Shown here: positions 59,390 through 64,000 of the stretch, in pieces
How positions within the stretch are numbered: the stretch's first letter is position 1
Layout of the letters: the number at the start of each line of letters is the position of its first letter
Assembly (NCBI GenBank): GCA_013239625.1
Contig: MU054220.1
Span: 6,855,367-6,919,366, forward strand
Reading direction: 5' to 3'
Length of the DNA: 64,000 nt
Source of the DNA: Lama guanicoe
Lineage: Eukaryota
Made by a program: the position numbers and the translations under genes
Notes under the pieces: model-generated
Seen by the model: only the letters and a program-made list of their open reading frames with translations
What the model was told of the DNA's origin: nothing
Databases searched by the model: none

Positions 59390-60355
59390 CAGCTTATCCC
59401 CTGTTTACGTGTAAAGGGGTATGTATGTGTGTATGTGTGTGTGTGTTTTTAATTTTCAAAAAGTGAGACTCATTGGCTTGATTCATCTGATGACTGCGGT
59501 CACAGATGTTGACTTAACTAAGATGCGCTGACTTTTAGTCCAGTGCCACTCCCGGCTTAATCAAGCGGCATCAGATGGTGGGTTATAAGAGAATGCAATG
59601 GAAAGCATTCCACTTAAGGCCTTAAACCGGATTGTTTTCTTGAAAATCAACTGAGGACATTCATGTGATTGCTCAGTGGAACAGATATAAAATATATAAA
59701 TGTGACATAGTTAATGATTGACTTTTTAATTAAGCTTTTTATTGTGAAGCTACTGTACATGGAAATGTACTTTTAAGAAATAACGTGGAGAGATCCCATG
59801 TACCCTTTCCTCCATCCCCCCTAGTGAATTACCTTACAAAACTACAGGACAGCAAGACAACCGTGATATTGACATTAGTACAGTCAAGGTACAGAGCTTT
59901 TCTGTCACACAAGGGTCCTTCCTGTTGCCCTTTCTCGGCCACACCCACTCCATTCCCACCCCCAACTTCCGCCTGAAGTGTGGGCAACTATTAATCTGCT
60001 CTCCATTTCTACAATTTTGTCATTACAAAAATATTTTATAGATGGAGTCATGAGGTATGTAACAGTTAGGGATTGGCTCTTTTCACTCAACTTAATTCTC
60101 AGGAGATTTATCCAAGTTACTGGGTGCATCAACAGTTCATTCGTTTTTTTTTCAACTGAGTAGTATTTCATGGTAAGGTTATACAACAGTTTATCTTCCC
60201 ATTCTCCTGTTGAAGGATGTCTTGATTGTTTGCAGTTTGAGGCTGTTACAAAGTTGCTGGAAGCATTTGTGCACAGATTTTTGTCTGAATATAAGATTTT
60301 GTTTCATTTCCTGGAAGTGTAGTTGCTAGATTACATGATGGTTGCATATGTAGTG

Positions 60356-61240
60356 TTTTTTCCCCAGGTTTACTGAGATATAATTGACATATAACATGGT
60401 GTAAGTTTAAGGTGTACAGTGTGATGATTTCATACATATACACACTGTGAAATGTTTAACACATGCTTCATCTCAAACAATTGCCATTTTGTTATTGTTA
60501 TTATGGTGAAAACATTTAAGAGCTACTCTCTTAGCAACATTTAACTATATAATGCAATATTTCTAATTATAGTCACCATGCTGTACATCAGATTTCCCAA
60601 AACTTATTCATCTTATAGCAGAAAGTTTGTGGCTTTTGACAAGTGTCTCCCTATTACTCGCACCTCCTACCCTGGGTAACAATGAATCTACTATCTATTT
60701 CTATGAGTTTAATATTTTTAGATTCCACATATAAGCAAGATCATACAATATTTGTCTTTCTCTGTCTGACTTATTTCACTTAGTATAATGCCCTCAAGGG
60801 CCACCCGTGTTGTTATAAATAGCATGCTTTCCTTCTTTTTTATGACTGAATAATATTTCATATATATATGAGATCTATATCTATATATTACATTTTCTTT
60901 ATCTATCAATTCATTGATTGACACTTAGGTGGTTTCCATATCTTGATTATTACGAATAATGGTGCAGTGAACATGCGGCTCCAGATAGTTCAAGATAGTG
61001 ATTTGATTTCCTTTGGTTACATACCCAGAAGTGAGAGAGCTGAATCATATGGTACTTCTACTTTTAATTTTTTGAGGACCTTCTGTGATATTTTTCATCG
61101 TGGCTACACCAATTCACATCCCCACCCACCAGGATCCCCTTTTCTCCACATCCTCACCAGCATTTGCTATCTCTTGTCTTGTTGATCATAGCCAGTCTAA
61201 CAGGTATAAGGTGATATCTCATTGTGGTTTTAACTTGCAG
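60356..61240 (-). mobile_element. L1MA9-like 3' end nested in the older L1
   Basis: TTTACTGAGATATAATTGACATATAACAT..TGTAAGTTTAAGGTGTACAG...; antisense peptide LEGIILSEISQTEKDKYCMILLICGI (60718-60924). Confidence 0.85.
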
Positions 61241-62331
61241 TGCAAACCTCTGAATTTTGATGAAGTCCAATTCATCAGTGTTTCCCTTTATGGATCATGC
61301 TTTGGTGTCCAGTCTAAGAACTCTCTTCCTAGCCTGAGATCCCAAAGGTTGTCTTCTGTTTTAGCCCCCTAAAGGTTGTATAGTTACATTTATTCTATTT
61401 AAGTGCATAACCCATTTCAAGTTAATTTTTGTATAAGGTGTGAAACTTAAGTCACATTAAGGACATGCCTATCGATGTCCACCTGCTCTTCTTGGTTTGG
61501 GCATCTATTGATTTTTCCGTCCCTTTGAAATCTTCCTTATTGTTGGTGTAATGAGTAATCTGCAGCTGAAATCTGGACATTTGGGGTATTATATTACAAG
61601 ACTCTATATCTTATTTAAACCTTCCGTTTTAGCTGCCCTCTTCTGATATTGATTCAGCAGGGGAGGTGGAGGTAGACTTAACACCAGGTGGGAGCAGAAA
61701 TTCCTGTTCCTTACTTGGCCTCTGTTGCAGCATGAGTGCATGGGGGCTCCTCATTATTTTTGAGTGTGGGCCGGAGTTCCAGCCCCCACTAGATGTCGAC
61801 TGACATGTCCCCAGCTGGGAGGCACAGGAGGGTGGTGTGACTGCCACCCACTTGGTCACCACTGACATCATGGGTGAAAGAGTGGCCTCATTACTGCTGG
61901 AGGTAGGGGAAGTCCTTGCGCTCCCTGAAGCTGATGCCTTTCCAGCATGTCGGGATGTCCAGCATGGAGGGGCCCCCGTTCTGCTGAGTGAAGGCAGAGG
62001 GACAGGCTCCCCGTGTCACCTCCACTAGCAACACAAGGGGTGGAGAGTGGGCTTGTTGATGCAAGTTCTGGTTTCCTACCTGACCTTGCCTGATGCCTCC
62101 TCGGTGGGGAGTTTAGGGGACCTTGTCATAATTTGGTGAATGTGAAGGTCTAGGGTCCCATTAGGGCTTTTCTGGCTTGGGTAGGGATAAAGCAATAGTT
62201 CTTTTTTGTTTTTTTGGGTTTTTTGTTTGTTTGTTTGTTTGTTTTTTGTGCTGTTCAGCTGGATGAGAGTCACTGCTCTCTTGCTAAACTGCCTTTTCCT
62301 TGTCCTTTGAGTAGAGAGTAGACATTTGTTG

Positions 62332-62441
<110 letters not shown>

Positions 62442-62954
62442 TTTTTTTTATCTAGGTTTCTGGTCTCTTCTACTCCAAGTCTGGGATCTGTAAGGCAGAA
62501 GAAAAACCCAGGAACTCACCATCATGTCATTACTTAGATCTCAGCTTCCTAGACCACCTGCCTCCTACTTTCCAGCTTTAAAGGTCTTCTTATATATTTC
62601 TTATTTACATATAACGTCCAGAGTTTTTAATTCTACTTAATGGGGTGAATAGGAAAAACAAAATCTACTCTATCTTCCTGGAAGTGGGAGTCCCTTGTAA
62701 GCATTTTTGATGAACTTTTGATGGGTCCATTTTTATTGCTAATTTTTAAAAACAATAATTCAGTGAGAACCATAAAGCTATAAAAAAAAAAACCCAGCAA
62801 AACAAAGCCAACAAAAAACAAAAAAATTCAACCTTTCATTAAGTCCATTCCCCTGTATTCGGATAGGAATGCATGCAAACCCATCTCAAAGAGATGATTA
62901 CTTTATACAGTAGGAGCTTAAACATAATTATTGAATGAAGGACTATTTACTAAA

Positions 62955-63140
62955 TTAATTAATTTAGCGAATTGTCTTCTGCATGCTAAACAACGTTCCA
63001 GGCACTGAGGAGGGCATATTAAATATATATGTGTGTGTATGTGTGTGTGCGTGTGTGTGTGTGTGTGTGTATTTATACAGACATAACTATCAAGTTATAT
63101 AAAAACCATTAACACTGCTATAATGGAAGGACTACCATAA
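62955..63140 (-). mobile_element. L2 LINE 3' fragment containing a (TG)n microsatellite (about 63030-63070)
   Basis: CTTCTGCATGCTAAACAACGTTCCAGGCACTGAGG...AACACTGCTATAATGGAAG. Confidence 0.55.
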
Positions 63141-63600
63141 CTACAATATATGAGGTAGAAAGTTATCCTTCGTCTCCTCCCAGCAAGGCAGTGTCTTGTT
63201 CCTCTTTGTCTACTGCTTGTGTCTAATGAAGCATATTACTCATCATACATGACTTGCTGAAGGAGTTTAGCAGGGGAGGAGAGAGCACTTTGAGCTGCTG
63301 GGAAGTGATCTGCCGTATATTTTCCAAAATTTCTGTAGAAAAGAGGCCTGTAACATTACTAAGTAACACATTCTCATATTGCACATTCCTTTACCAAGTT
63401 AGAAACTTTTATGTGAGTCCTGTCCTTGCAAATGAACTGGGGTGCTTATGGTTCTGGCCTTGGTAGAAGCAGAGGAGAGATAAGCAGCCTTTTTCACACA
63501 TATTACTTTTAAATATTTAAGATCAAGTGCCCGTCTATCTCATCATAGATGCTTTGACCCCAAATACCAACCACAAGAGCTTCATTTTTTACTATATAAC

Positions 63601-63638
63601 ATATATATATATATATATGTATATACATATATATATAT
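63601..63638. repeat. (TA)n microsatellite with a central TGTATACA
   Basis: Read directly. Confidence 0.9.
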
Positions 63639-64000
63639 GCTGATGGTCTGTGAGTCAAATGTCAATCCTACCCATCCCAATACACACAAGACAAAACAAA
63701 CAAGTGCACCGAACAAACACAAAGAGCAGCATATGGTAACAAGATGATTTAACATCACTGTCCTTTAAGGCAGGTCTGAATTCTATCCTTAAACATAGTC
63801 CAAGGAGGGGCTCTGAGTTTCATCAGTTTATTGTGAAGTCTGACAGGCTGGGCATCCCATAAACAATGGCTTTCCGATTACCCAAGGATGGAACTTTATC
63901 CACAAATATAAAAAGCCCTTGGCAGGAAGTCAGAATCACAGCTAACGAACTCTCCAGCATGTCACTCCTGGATCAGGGGACGCCAGAGGCGTAGAGAAAC

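Overview
Mammalian nuclear DNA, very probably camelid (camel/alpaca/llama). The evidence is a Vic-1-type tRNA-derived SINE and camelid-type L1 3' ends. I find no supportable host protein-coding gene, RNA gene or CRISPR array, and no new multi-gene biological system. The window is AT-rich intronic or intergenic sequence with a 613-N scaffold gap (1759-2371). It is densely layered with transposon relics: a near full-length old L1 (9440-16590) with a younger L1 nested in it, several 5'-truncated camelid L1s with readable target-site duplications (TSDs), MaLR/ERVL/ERV1/ERVK solo LTRs (several nested), hAT/Tigger fossils and many MIR/L2 fragments. The recognisable protein-like ORFs in the track are broken L1 ORF2 pieces; the rest look like chance ORFs. 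The most interesting observations are: (i) a young L1 whose TSD encloses a short 3' tail also found at the end of the Vic-1-type SINE; (ii) two further L1 copies with extra 3' sequence (possible transductions); (iii) an antisense bias of L1/LTR copies plus a candidate non-coding exon (56663-56799), suggesting a + strand host transcript; and (iv) several repeat-free, motif-rich blocks that look like enhancers. Repeat subfamily names are from recalled consensus motifs, not from a database search, and most boundaries without a TSD are approximate.
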